From a virus (Duplodnaviria; Caudoviricetes), in the IMG/VR virus record IMGVR_UViG_3300028886_000003, positions 64,001-128,000 of that record: a stretch of DNA of 64,000 nucleotides; one strand, written 5' to 3'. The notes beneath the pieces are model-generated. The model had not been told where the DNA came from, made no database searches, and was given only the letters and a program-made list of their open reading frames with translations. Both the position numbers and the translations under genes were made by a program. Positions 9,520-18,781 of this stretch are shown piece by piece; positions within the stretch are counted from its first letter, which is position 1; every line of letters starts with the position of its first letter.

Positions 9520-11262
9520 CTATTCTTCATCTGTAACTGGTATATCATCGAATGCCCCAGCCCAAACTAAATTTTCTTTAATTCTTTTATTACATTTTCT
9601 TGGAGGAACTCTCGCACAAAAATCATCAAAACTAGTGAAATCACCATTAGCAGTTCTTTCTTCAATTATAGCTTCAGAAGATTTAACTGACATACTATCA
9701 ACCAAATCAAAACCCATATAAATATTATTATCATCTATATATGTATGTAATCTTGATTTATTAACGTTAGGATTACATAATTGTGCTTCAGAATCTTTAA
9801 TCATTTGTAATATTTCAACACGTTTTTCACTTTCATCTACATGTATTAACATTGCAACTGCAAATTCTAAAGGATAATATGTTTTCAACCAAGCTGATTG
9901 ATACCCCAAAGCTGCATATCCAACTGCGTGAGATCTGTTAAATGAATAATCTGATGATTTTTCCATGTTACTCCATAGTTCATTTGCTACTTTTTCATCA
10001 ACATTATTTTTCTTACAACCACTAAGAAAATCTTTTTTTGATTTGTCAAATTCTTGTTTTTTCTTCTTAGAAATTGCTCTACGCAAATGATCTGTTTCTA
10101 AATCAGACATCCCTGCTAATTCTCTTGCAACAGCCATAATATCTTCTTGAAAAATCATTAATCCTTGTGTTTTACCCAATATTGTTTTTAATCTTTCATC
10201 AAGGTAGACTGGTTTTTTTCTACCAAATTTATAATCAGCATATTGCTGGTCCATTCCATTGTTTCTAGCACCTGGTCTAATTAATGATATTGTTGCAACC
10301 ATTTCATTAAAATTAGATGGTTGAATTAAACTAACAGCTTGACGTCCAGCACCTTTTTCTAATTGAAATATTCCTAATGGATCTTTACAAATAGTTTCAA
10401 AAACTTTTGGATCATCAAAATCATATGGTAGTTTAACATTTGGATCATCAATAATTTTTAAGCAATCTCTTTGTATATCTAATACTTTAACTGATAATGT
10501 ATCATTTTTAAGAAAACCTTGGCTCTCACACTCAACACCTGTGTTTGCAATAATTGTATTGCCTTTTAATTTAATTACAGATGTATAATTCCATAATGGT
10601 TTATCGAATATAATAACAGCACCAGGATGTTTTCCATATGCTTTTAATAATCCAATCATATCTTCAAGATTATCTCTAACAAATGGATTTCTTTGCAAAA
10701 ATGCTTGAACAGCTTCATTATCTTTATAATCTTCATCATCCGCAAGTTGTAGTGTAATTTTATTAATTTCATCAAAATTACCACCACTCATTCTTGTAAG
10801 TGCTTTTAGTGCCATTTTAGGTGAATATGGTATACGTGTAGATACTTGTGCACAATATTCTTGCCCAAATTCATCAATAATAAGAGATATTACTTCATCT
10901 CTCATATCAGAACTTACATCTGTATCTATATCAGGTAATGATGTCATGGCTCTTGTTTCGTTTAAAAATCTAGCAAAAGATAAATCATGTTCTTTTGGTG
11001 GAATTTTTGTGATATTTAAACCATAACAAATTACAGAAGCTAAACATGATCCTCTTGCTGGACCTCTAAATATTCCTGCGTCATCTATAAGAGCACAAAT
11101 ATATGCTGTTTGCAAGAAGAAATCTTCTAATTTAGTTTTTTCAATAACTTTTAATTCTTCTTCTAATTGATTCTGATACCATTCATCATCATAAACACCT
11201 TTATGCTGCAAACCTTGTATTGCTAAATCTTTCATAAAAGCAAAATTATCTTGAACATTCAT
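9520..11262 (-). CDS. dnaE: Family C DNA polymerase (DnaE) catalytic core: palm, thumb, fingers, HhH
   Basis: GPARGS, SLPDIDTD, KHPGAVII, FLKND, GIFQLE, IFQED, YSFNRSHAVGY, WLKTYYPLEF, LVWAGAFD. Confidence 0.93.
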   Translation of the reverse strand: MNVQDNFAFMKDLAIQGLQHKGVYDDEWYQNQLEEELKVIEKTKLEDFFLQTAYICALIDDAGIFRGPARGSCLASVICYGLNITKIPPKEHDLSFARFLNETRAMTSLPDIDTDVSSDMRDEVISLIIDEFGQEYCAQVSTRIPYSPKMALKALTRMSGGNFDEINKITLQLADDEDYKDNEAVQAFLQRNPFVRDNLEDMIGLLKAYGKHPGAVIIFDKPLWNYTSVIKLKGNTIIANTGVECESQGFLKNDTLSVKVLDIQRDCLKIIDDPNVKLPYDFDDPKVFETICKDPLGIFQLEKGAGRQAVSLIQPSNFNEMVATISLIRPGARNNGMDQQYADYKFGRKKPVYLDERLKTILGKTQGLMIFQEDIMAVARELAGMSDLETDHLRRAISKKKKQEFDKSKKDFLSGCKKNNVDEKVANELWSNMEKSSDYSFNRSHAVGYAALGYQSAWLKTYYPLEFAVAMLIHVDESEKRVEILQMIKDSEAQLCNPNVNKSRLHTYIDDNNIYMGFDLVDSMSVKSSEAIIEERTANGDFTSFDDFCARVPPRKCNKRIKENLVWAGAFDDIPVTDEE

Positions 11263-11263
11263 A

Positions 11264-12214
11264 TTACCTTCTCCTTGGTTCTTTTAAGAATATTTTTTTC
11301 AATTGCTGATGTTTTGTAAAAGTTGGTAATACTCTTTTTTTACCTATATTATTGATTGATGTAACATTACATTTGTCTGCAATTATTGATGTATTTTTAA
11401 TCATTGTATCAACCAATGGTAAATCTTCAAAACCTGATTGTTCAGCAAATTGTTTAACTAATTTAGATGTACCTAAGCAATTACTTGGTAAACTTGGTGT
11501 TACATCATTTTTTTGCTTATGAAACATATCTGCTTGTAAATGACGTCTAGTATTCCTATCACTAATAAAATGTGCATCTGTAGTGGCAACACAATATTTC
11601 ATATCAATATCAGAATATAAATCTAATAGTTTACTATTAATTGTTTTTTGTGGAGGATATGCTGGGTGGAATTGAAATTCTGCCGCAACATTTTCTTTTC
11701 CAAAAACATCTAAAAGTTTATTTAAGAATGGTTCAGCTTCATGAGGAAAATGATTTTTATTGTCTGGATTAAAACATTGACCTATTGTACCTAATGAACA
11801 AGCTGTAGATATAAATAAACCTTCAGGATTATCAAATAATATTGGATATGGTAATAATGGCCTACGATAAAAATATTTTGCAGTTGATAAATATTCTAAC
11901 TTGGATAAATTTTTAGCTCCTTCATCATCCTTTGCTAAAACAACAAGATGGTATCTATTGTTATCTTGTGGTTTATCGGTTGATGGTGTGCAATAAAATT
12001 CGCATCCAAAAATTGGCTTAACATTAGTGTCCTGCCCTAATAAAAAAAACTGACTCCAACCTACTATATTACCATGATCTGTAATTGCTACCGCTTTTTG
12101 ATTATTTTTTTGAACTTCATAAAATAATTCAGGGATTTTTATTGTTGCATCTCCTTGGCTATAATCCGTATGAAGATGCAAATTAACAAAATTATCTTTT
12201 TCCATATTAATCAC
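11264..12214 (-). CDS. Stand-alone PHP domain of DnaE (putative proofreading exonuclease)
   Basis: HLHTDYS..D, AITDHG, GCEFY, HLVVLAK, TACSLG, TTDAHF. Confidence 0.9.
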   Translation of the reverse strand: MINMEKDNFVNLHLHTDYSQGDATIKIPELFYEVQKNNQKAVAITDHGNIVGWSQFFLLGQDTNVKPIFGCEFYCTPSTDKPQDNNRYHLVVLAKDDEGAKNLSKLEYLSTAKYFYRRPLLPYPILFDNPEGLFISTACSLGTIGQCFNPDNKNHFPHEAEPFLNKLLDVFGKENVAAEFQFHPAYPPQKTINSKLLDLYSDIDMKYCVATTDAHFISDRNTRRHLQADMFHKQKNDVTPSLPSNCLGTSKLVKQFAEQSGFEDLPLVDTMIKNTSIIADKCNVTSINNIGKKRVLPTFTKHQQLKKIFLKEPRRR

Positions 12215-12468
12215 TTTAAATCATATTGTGAAAAACCAATAAGAAAATTAGGTGGAATTGATAATATTCTTGAAGCCTCAGGGATCTCTATCATACATGG
12301 GGCTTCAGTAATATCGGTTTTATATAAAATACCATATCTACCTTCTTTTTCGTATTGGCAATTACGAGCTTGTACTTTACGAAGAATTAAAGTATCAGTG
12401 TTTTCTTCGTATGTAAGCATAATATTAGCTAGTCTATTTATCACCTTTCTCTTCCTCTTTTTTATCAT
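12211..12468 (-). CDS. DUF2283-like small protein
   Basis: YEENTDTL.L...IEIPEASR pattern. Confidence 0.45.
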   Translation of the reverse strand: MIKKRKRKVINRLANIMLTYEENTDTLILRKVQARNCQYEKEGRYGILYKTDITEAPCMIEIPEASRILSIPPNFLIGFSQYDLK

Positions 12469-13327
12469 TAGGGAATAATATTTGACTTAATTCAGATGGT
12501 GTAGATACTATATCTTGTGTTTTTAAATTTCTAGTTAAAAACACAAAACTCTTGCCTTCTGTTGTTAAATCAGATCTATTTTTCACAATTGTTGCAGTAT
12601 AATCATCAATATTATCTTTTTCAATTTTATCTAAAAGTATCCTTACTGAACACTCATCAATAAATCTTTGTTTAACATTTGCAAAATTATCAGGATCTTC
12701 ACATATTTCAGGAATAAAATCTTCATGAGATACAAAAATTACTGGAACTGGTAACAACATAAAAGGTGAAGAGGAATCTCTAAATGCTTTATTTCTAATT
12801 TTCCATAAATTAAAGCTTACACCATCTGCTACTCCAATATTTTCTTCTAATCTCATAAAAGCCTCACAGTATTCAAGTATGAAGCTAATACCATCAACAA
12901 TGACGCCTTTAATTTTCCTACCAGCATCTAATTCGTCTTGAATCACACTTGCAATAGTACCGATCATATAAATAGTTTCTTCTTCATCTCTAACTGTTGC
13001 ACTATCTTTTTCTCTTTCACGTGTAGGATTAGGGCTATATACAAAAATTTGATCACTATATTCACTAAAAATATCTGTTACAATTTCTAATCCTGAATGA
13101 TCAACATCAATATAGACAATTGATTCATCTTTTTTAAGATTTTCAGTTAATAATGCTAAAGATAATGAAGATTTTGCTGTATCATTTTTTCCTGAAATCA
13201 AAATTTTTTTATTAACTTTATCTTTCTCAATATTAAAAATCTCTTTTTTAATTTGATCTTTTAATGATGTTTTTGATTGCCTTGTTTTGCCTCCAGCATT
13301 TCCTTTAGGTTGGTTAAAACCTACCAT
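12434..13327 (-). CDS. P-loop ATPase (AAA_24/Sak4-like recombination protein)
   Basis: Variant Walker A GKNDTAKS, YIDVD, Walker B VIVDGIS, VIFVSH. Confidence 0.65.
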   Translation of the reverse strand: MVGFNQPKGNAGGKTRQSKTSLKDQIKKEIFNIEKDKVNKKILISGKNDTAKSSLSLALLTENLKKDESIVYIDVDHSGLEIVTDIFSEYSDQIFVYSPNPTREREKDSATVRDEEETIYMIGTIASVIQDELDAGRKIKGVIVDGISFILEYCEAFMRLEENIGVADGVSFNLWKIRNKAFRDSSSPFMLLPVPVIFVSHEDFIPEICEDPDNFANVKQRFIDECSVRILLDKIEKDNIDDYTATIVKNRSDLTTEGKSFVFLTRNLKTQDIVSTPSELSQILFPNDKKEEEKGDK

Positions 13328-13429
13328 GTTTTTGCCTCCAATTGTTTTATAAAAAGTAATAAATTAACTCTACATCTACTATCTTGAATTTTATCTAAAT
13401 CAAGATATAATTGATCTATTAAACTCATT

Positions 13430-13654
13430 TTAGTTTTGCTCTCCTTCTGAGCTGTTTCCTTGTAAAACAAATGTTCTTTCGACAAGATCGTCCACCACTT
13501 TTTCCATCTCTTCCTCAATAATTGCTTTTGACACAAAATGGTCAACACGTTTATAATCAGCCTCTAATTTCATAATCCGAAGCTTTATATCTTCTGTTCT
13601 TTGTGAAAAAAGAGAAAAAGGATTATTAAGTAAATCCTTTTTATACTTCTTCAT
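13430..13654 (-). CDS. Hypothetical protein
   Basis: ORF coupled to 13641..14750. Confidence 0.45.
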   Translation of the reverse strand: MKKYKKDLLNNPFSLFSQRTEDIKLRIMKLEADYKRVDHFVSKAIIEEEMEKVVDDLVERTFVLQGNSSEGEQN

Positions 13655-14750
13655 TATTATTATCTCCGAAAAATGCAGAAAGATCTACATCATCTTGGAC
13701 TTGTAAAAATCCACCTAAATGCCATCCAATCTTTTCTTCACCAGTAGTTTTGTCTTTATATTTATAAGATTGTAAACAAGCTATTCCAGTTGCACCTACA
13801 GAAATCGCAAGCCCTTTAATATGTGATGGGTGAAGATATGATGTAATAGTACTAACTTCATTTGTAGTATGATCAGTAAATTCAATTACCACACCAACGT
13901 TCTCATATATTGTTTTTGGTGTAGTTATATCTGATATTACACAAGGAATACAGCAGAAATCATATTGGTAATCTTTTGGATTTTTTATTGAAGAATGCTC
14001 AAAAGCAAAATCATATAAATCCATTTCTGTAGCTACTTGCTCTATTAATATTTTACCATTTTTATCAGTAAATGCTTTATTCCAATCATCTAAAATAATT
14101 GCTATTTCCTCTTCGGAATATGGTGCTTTATGAACTTCATCTATTGCACCGGCATTATACCACATCATTTTGTCCTTAGAATATTTGAAATTTTTTCTAG
14201 GACTTTTTCCAACCCTTGCAGATATTGCTCCATATTGGCAAACAGGAATAGTATCTTCAACTCTATCCTCACTAATAGCAAAATATTTTACTTTGATGGT
14301 TTCTTCACCATCTTTATTTTTTTCATAAAGATATCCTACTGCACCACCATTTGCTTTAGGGTCGAGGATTCTTTGACCTGTTTTAGCACCATAACGATAA
14401 ACTGGATTTCCTTCCTTGTCGACAAATTTCTTTTTATATGCTTCTTCTTGTCCAACTTTTGATAATTGATTCATTGAAGCATTGTATTGATCTCTGTCAA
14501 ATGCGAAATCACGAAAACGGAAAACTAACATACCATTTTCTGCATTTAACATATTTCTAGCTAACATTCTCATTGAACCACGAGCTCTTCTCAATGATCT
14601 TATGCGACGTGCATCATCGCTTTCAAAATCATCAGGATTAAGTTCTTGGTATATTTCTTCGGCTTTACGTTCTAACATTTCTGCTGAAAGATTATGATCT
14701 TCAGCAAATTTTTTATTTATCTCTATCTCATTATCAATTATAGAATTCAT
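13641..14750 (-). CDS. Hypothetical replication protein, possibly ssDNA-binding (OB-like, acidic tail)
   Basis: First gene of the replication operon, near the Sak4-like ATPase; beta-rich C-terminus; acidic tail DDVDLSAFF. Confidence 0.4.
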   Translation of the reverse strand: MNSIIDNEIEINKKFAEDHNLSAEMLERKAEEIYQELNPDDFESDDARRIRSLRRARGSMRMLARNMLNAENGMLVFRFRDFAFDRDQYNASMNQLSKVGQEEAYKKKFVDKEGNPVYRYGAKTGQRILDPKANGGAVGYLYEKNKDGEETIKVKYFAISEDRVEDTIPVCQYGAISARVGKSPRKNFKYSKDKMMWYNAGAIDEVHKAPYSEEEIAIILDDWNKAFTDKNGKILIEQVATEMDLYDFAFEHSSIKNPKDYQYDFCCIPCVISDITTPKTIYENVGVVIEFTDHTTNEVSTITSYLHPSHIKGLAISVGATGIACLQSYKYKDKTTGEEKIGWHLGGFLQVQDDVDLSAFFGDNNNEEV

Positions 14751-14792
14751 AAATATCTTCTCCTATAGTTTGTAATAATATATCTAATCAAT

Positions 14793-14810
14793 CTACTATA
14801 TAAATGTTAC
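14793..14810 (-). promoter_or_regulatory. Archaeal TATA promoter of the replication operon
   Basis: minus strand AACATTTATATAGTAG upstream of an AGGAG RBS and ATG 14750. Confidence 0.65.
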
Positions 14811-14842
14811 TATATATAGATTAGAAAAATAAAAAAATACAT

Positions 14843-15421
14843 ATGAACAGAAGAGAAAAAGATTTTGTTCAAAATTATCCTATTTTTGGATCAGGTACTG
14901 CAAAAAGATACAGATACACAAGAAAACAAAGAAAAGAATTAAAAGAGAAATATAAAAAAGAAGGAGTGTATTTATTGCCAAATAAAAAAATTGCTGAAAC
15001 AAGTATGCCTGCTAAAACAAGAAATAATGCAGATAGTTTTAGTGCATTACAATTCAGTATCGCATCTTTAGATCCATCTGACCAAGAACACATTCTTGAA
15101 ATGGTTAAACAAATGCCTGATGCTAATTTTTTACAAAATTATATTATAGCTGTGCAATGTAATAGATTAAATCTTGCACTAAAAAATGAAGATGATTTAG
15201 GTAAAATATTAGACTCAACAGAGGGTGTTATTGCAAACTTACAAGGTATGATTACAGCAAAACACACAATGGAAGAAGGGCAAGACCTTAATGTTAATAT
15301 TAATAATAGTATTACTGATTTAATGAAGGATGTGCAAAATAAAGAAAATAATGATAATGAAATTATTATTGATGTTGATAATGAAAAAAGCGTAAGTGAT
15401 TACTTACCAACTAAAAAATGA
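14843..15421 (+). CDS. Hypothetical protein (possible terminase small subunit-like)
   Basis: 192 aa; basic N-terminus, helical core, EEGQDLNVNIN. Confidence 0.4.
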   Translation: MNRREKDFVQNYPIFGSGTAKRYRYTRKQRKELKEKYKKEGVYLLPNKKIAETSMPAKTRNNADSFSALQFSIASLDPSDQEHILEMVKQMPDANFLQNYIIAVQCNRLNLALKNEDDLGKILDSTEGVIANLQGMITAKHTMEEGQDLNVNINNSITDLMKDVQNKENNDNEIIIDVDNEKSVSDYLPTKK

Positions 15422-15680
15422 GGCTTTTAAAATGAGTGAAAAATTAACTGAAGAAGAAGTAATGGAACAAATAGAAAATTTAAATGCAGAATATGAACGT
15501 TTTTCTGAAACAACTGCAAAAGATATTCTTGATTTAATTATCAAAGAAGAATATCCCATATCAGTTGCATTAGGTGGACTATGTGCAACAATAGATAGTA
15601 TTATACAAGTTTATGATATGGAAGAGTTCAGAGAAAAATGTATAGATCTTATTGCACAAGATTTTCAAGAAGTAGAATAG
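15396..15680 (+). CDS. Hypothetical acidic protein (probable start at MSEKL)
   Basis: ORF preceded by GAGG RBS. Confidence 0.55.
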   Translation: MITYQLKNEAFKMSEKLTEEEVMEQIENLNAEYERFSETTAKDILDLIIKEEYPISVALGGLCATIDSIIQVYDMEEFREKCIDLIAQDFQEVE

Positions 15681-15772
15681 AAAAGTATATATAATATAAA
15701 AACATATATAATTATTGTACCATTAGTGCTATCTCATAGAATTCTCTTTTGGTGCACAAATCACCTTCTTGT

Positions 15773-15800
15773 AATTAAAGGGGTAACTCCCCTTTTAATT
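15773..15800. terminator. Hairpin between convergent genes
   Basis: AATTAAAGGGG-TAACT-CCCCTTTTAATT. Confidence 0.55.
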
Positions 15801-16004
15801 AACTATTTTTAATACCTGTTGTATTGTTTTTACAGATGATTCAGATACTTGATAGTTATTAAAAATCTTTTTTTTTCGTACAAAATAAGTATTATCAGTT
15901 TTAACAATAACAAAAGCAATATTATCATTTTTAAAATAAATAATTTGCTCATCAAAATCAATAAAATCTTCTTTTTTCATTTCACGCTTATATATAATTC
16001 TCAT
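15795..16004 (-). CDS. Hypothetical protein
   Basis: 69-aa ORF. Confidence 0.5.
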   Translation of the reverse strand: MRIIYKREMKKEDFIDFDEQIIYFKNDNIAFVIVKTDNTYFVRKKKIFNNYQVSESSVKTIQQVLKIVN

Positions 16005-16164
16005 AATAATCAGTATAAAAAATAAGCCCCGAATTGAATCCCCAGAAAAAATTACACCAACACATTATTATTGCTTTACCGCAAACGAGGCTTATTATAG
16101 TGTAATCTTGAAGTTAATAAGACTATATGTCTTTGCGGTTGCAAAGGAAGAATATATCTTCCAA

Positions 16165-16236
16165 TCCCAATTCTAGGAATCGAACCTAGCTATAATCGGT
16201 CTACAGCCGACCGCGTAACCACTACGCTAAATTGGG
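16165..16236 (-). tRNA. tRNA-Tyr(GTA), archaeal type
   Basis: CCCAATT/AATTGGG acceptor (C1-G72, A73), loop CT-GTA-GA, short variable loop, GGTTCGATTCC. Confidence 0.93.
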
Positions 16237-16498
16237 AGTAAAACGGGCCGTGTTTTTTAAAAGCTTTGAGTCGGCCAGCGCTTTAATTATTTTATCATAT
16301 GAAGGGGTGCATGAATTAATTGCAACCCTATGAAACAATTGGTATAATAATATCACAATCGTCATTTCCTCTTGCTTGACATTGGTATTTTTTACAATAT
16401 CCAAAATTACTATCGTGCCTAATATAGTAAGGACATTTGTAGCATTTCATTTTTTTACCTTGATCAATCATAACAATCTCTCTTTTATTTATATATAA

Positions 16499-16570
16499 TA
16501 GCTCTGACAGGAGTCGAACCTGTGTCGGCGGGACCAAAACCCACTATGATTGCCACTACACCACAGAGCT
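16499..16570 (-). tRNA. tRNA-Gln(TTG)
   Basis: AGCTCTG/CAGAGCT acceptor, loop TT-TTG-GT, GGTTCGACTCC. Confidence 0.93.
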
Positions 16571-16572
16571 TA

Positions 16573-18102
16573 CTATAATTTAATACATGAATATCTTTCA
16601 TTATTAAGTGTTTCAATTAATACATCGTATGGATTATAATTATTACTCATAACCATTTTTAAAACATTTTGACTAAATCCTGACAATAATGTTACACCTA
16701 ATTCATTTTCAGTTAATGGAATTGTTTTTGTTCTTGATGCAACATTCCAAAATATAAGTTTAGGTAATTGATACAGTGCGTCTTCATATTTTGCTTGAAT
16801 TTCCTTAAATAATGGTTTTGATAATTTTTTTGTTTCATCTTTCCTAAAGAACGAATGACAACTTTGTGCTGAATCAAATTCCATATCAGAAATAATAAGC
16901 ACTTGTTTTACCATATCCTTTCGTTGGACATTATTTTTAATTGCCACACCTAATATCAAATCAAATACTGCTTCAATATTAGTATTAGCCACTTCATCAT
17001 GTTCTAATGCTGTGTTAATTTTCTCTCTTAAAGTTTTTGAGTTACTTAAATCAACAAATTGTGGTTCATTAGAAAATGTAATATATTGATCTTTATATAC
17101 TCCTTCATTATGTTCTGATGTATATATTGCTAAACTGTTAGCAACATCAAGAGCGGTAATATTTCCACTAACTGGTGTAGTCATACTACAAGATCCATCA
17201 GCAACTACTAAGGTATTAGATATATTAATATCTGATAAATTAGACCAAGCTACTTCTAATGTTTCATCATAGTTTTCCTCAGGTATAGAATAGAAACGAT
17301 TAGATGTATAACGTGATACAACATCAGCAGGTGTTGCAACTTTCATATTTATTTTAGCATTACCTTGCTGAACAGCATCTAAATACCTACCTCTTCTTAA
17401 AGGATCATGTGCCATAAAAGCATTCCTATACCTTAAATTAGCTAAAGATGGCACTTTATTATAATCAATACTTTCCCACTCGTTATTACACATTTTTACT
17501 TCAACTACATTTAAATATGCACGAAGTTCTGATAATAATAAACGATATTGGCGCGGAGACATGCCTAATGACTTAATAATATATTTAGCCATCATTTTAG
17601 TTTTTTTGCTACTTGCATTCTCACTTGGTAACCATTTCGCAAGTAATGAAATAGGTTTGTTATTCTTCATTAATTCTTTATCCATTTTTAATCTTCTATC
17701 GATCATATGGATAATTAAATTATCATGTTCCAAATCATAGCCTAAAAGTGATATTAAATCATCCCATCGACCATATTCAGGAATAAGATGTAAGAATTTA
17801 ACGAAATAGTTTGGATCAATTTGAGCAAGCCTTCTGTAGCATACTCTAAATAATCTTCTTTCACCAAGTCCCCCACGAACATCTCTAGCAAAAAATAACC
17901 ATTTTAATGCATATTCCTTATTTTCTAAAAAGGCTTCGTCAAATAAAGTTCTAATTAATTCATCATCTGCTTGACGTAAACTACTAACTTGATAATTTAA
18001 ATCAAGTAATGCTGAGCCTGTGCTTTTATATCCAATAGCACCATTTTCTGTTATTGAATGATTTTTAATTTCTCTTAACTCATTTCTAATTAAATTAAAC
18101 AT
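16573..18102 (-). CDS. DUF2828 / TROVE(Ro60)-like protein with C-terminal vWA domain
   Basis: TENGA, RDVRGGLGER, YGRWDD, AKWLPSE, W..IDY..VPS.A, VADGSCSM (MIDAS), ISDMEFD, FWNV, LSGFS. Confidence 0.9.
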   Translation of the reverse strand: MFNLIRNELREIKNHSITENGAIGYKSTGSALLDLNYQVSSLRQADDELIRTLFDEAFLENKEYALKWLFFARDVRGGLGERRLFRVCYRRLAQIDPNYFVKFLHLIPEYGRWDDLISLLGYDLEHDNLIIHMIDRRLKMDKELMKNNKPISLLAKWLPSENASSKKTKMMAKYIIKSLGMSPRQYRLLLSELRAYLNVVEVKMCNNEWESIDYNKVPSLANLRYRNAFMAHDPLRRGRYLDAVQQGNAKINMKVATPADVVSRYTSNRFYSIPEENYDETLEVAWSNLSDINISNTLVVADGSCSMTTPVSGNITALDVANSLAIYTSEHNEGVYKDQYITFSNEPQFVDLSNSKTLREKINTALEHDEVANTNIEAVFDLILGVAIKNNVQRKDMVKQVLIISDMEFDSAQSCHSFFRKDETKKLSKPLFKEIQAKYEDALYQLPKLIFWNVASRTKTIPLTENELGVTLLSGFSQNVLKMVMSNNYNPYDVLIETLNNERYSCIKL

Positions 18103-18133
18103 TATTTAACACCACCTAATATTATATTTATAC

Positions 18134-18334
18134 AAAGTACTTTATATGAGTTTTCAGTTCACATATTATATTGCTGTTAGTACTTTTTATTTTTGCAAGA
18201 TGCACATATACCAAGTCAAATCCAGGTCTTTATATTTTGCTGTATGCATCTTCTTTGAATTCATATAACCAAGATACTTTTTATGTAAAAACTCGCTGTG
18301 TTTTAACTTCTTAATTTTTTGCTGTAAGTATCTT
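18134..18334 (-). repeat. Three tandem hairpin units (8-bp stem + WACAGCAA + variable loop) in the leader of the DUF2828 gene
   Basis: AAGATACT-TACAGCAA..AGTATCTT; AAGATGCA-TACAGCAA..TGCATCTT; AAAGTACT-AACAGCAA..AGTACTTT. Confidence 0.85.
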
Positions 18335-18356
18335 TAATATATTATTTATATAATCA

Positions 18357-18373
18357 TAGTATATAAAGGTTTT
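18357..18373 (-). promoter_or_regulatory. TATA promoter driving the hairpin array and DUF2828 gene
   Basis: minus AAAACCTTTATATACTA about 25 nt upstream of the first hairpin. Confidence 0.65.
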
Positions 18374-18383
18374 GTATACAAAG

Positions 18384-18469
18384 CGACAGGTGAGTGATTC
18401 GAACACTCGTGCTCCTTATGAGCTCCGCATTAGCAGTGCGGTAGAATTGACCAACTATCTGAACCTGTC
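18384..18469 (-). tRNA. tRNA-Ser(GCT)
   Basis: GACAGGT/ACCTGTC, loop CT-GCT-AA, long variable arm, TTCGAAT. Confidence 0.9.
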
Positions 18470-18626
18470 AATATATATAGAATAAGAGTGCAAAAGTGAG
18501 ATTATATGTACTTATTTGTCATTTCGAATTTTATTTAATTTAATTTATAATAGTCTTTTGATATGCAAACTTATTCTAAATATTTTTTTAGTCAATCCTA
18601 AACCATAATTATGGAAGAGGATTAAT

Positions 18627-18697
18627 TGGACTCAAAGGGAATCGAACCCCTATATCAAGCTCCGAAGACTTGTATGCTTCCATTACATCATAAGTCC
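18627..18697 (-). tRNA. tRNA-Arg(TCG)
   Basis: GGACTTA/TGAGTCC, loop CT-TCG-GA, GGTTCGATTCC. Confidence 0.88.
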
Positions 18698-18702
18698 ATA
18701 AG

Positions 18703-18776
18703 TGGGTGTTGCCTGATTTGAACAGACATCTGCGGTTCTGGAGACCGCCATACTAACCAAGTTATACTAAACACCC
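18703..18776 (-). tRNA. tRNA-Trp(CCA)
   Basis: GGGTGTT/AACACCC, loop CT-CCA-GA, TTCAAAT. Confidence 0.9.
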
Positions 18777-18781
18777 ATTGA

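Noticed and set aside
9520-12214. Split-intein DnaE, or a frameshifted pseudogene
   Set aside because: No intein termini (C-terminal HN, N-terminal C/S blocks); the downstream gene has its own RBS and catalytic motifs are intact
16112-16127. GTTAATAAGACTATA resembling part of a Methanobrevibacter CRISPR repeat as I recall it
   Set aside because: Single partial match with no repeat-spacer periodicity
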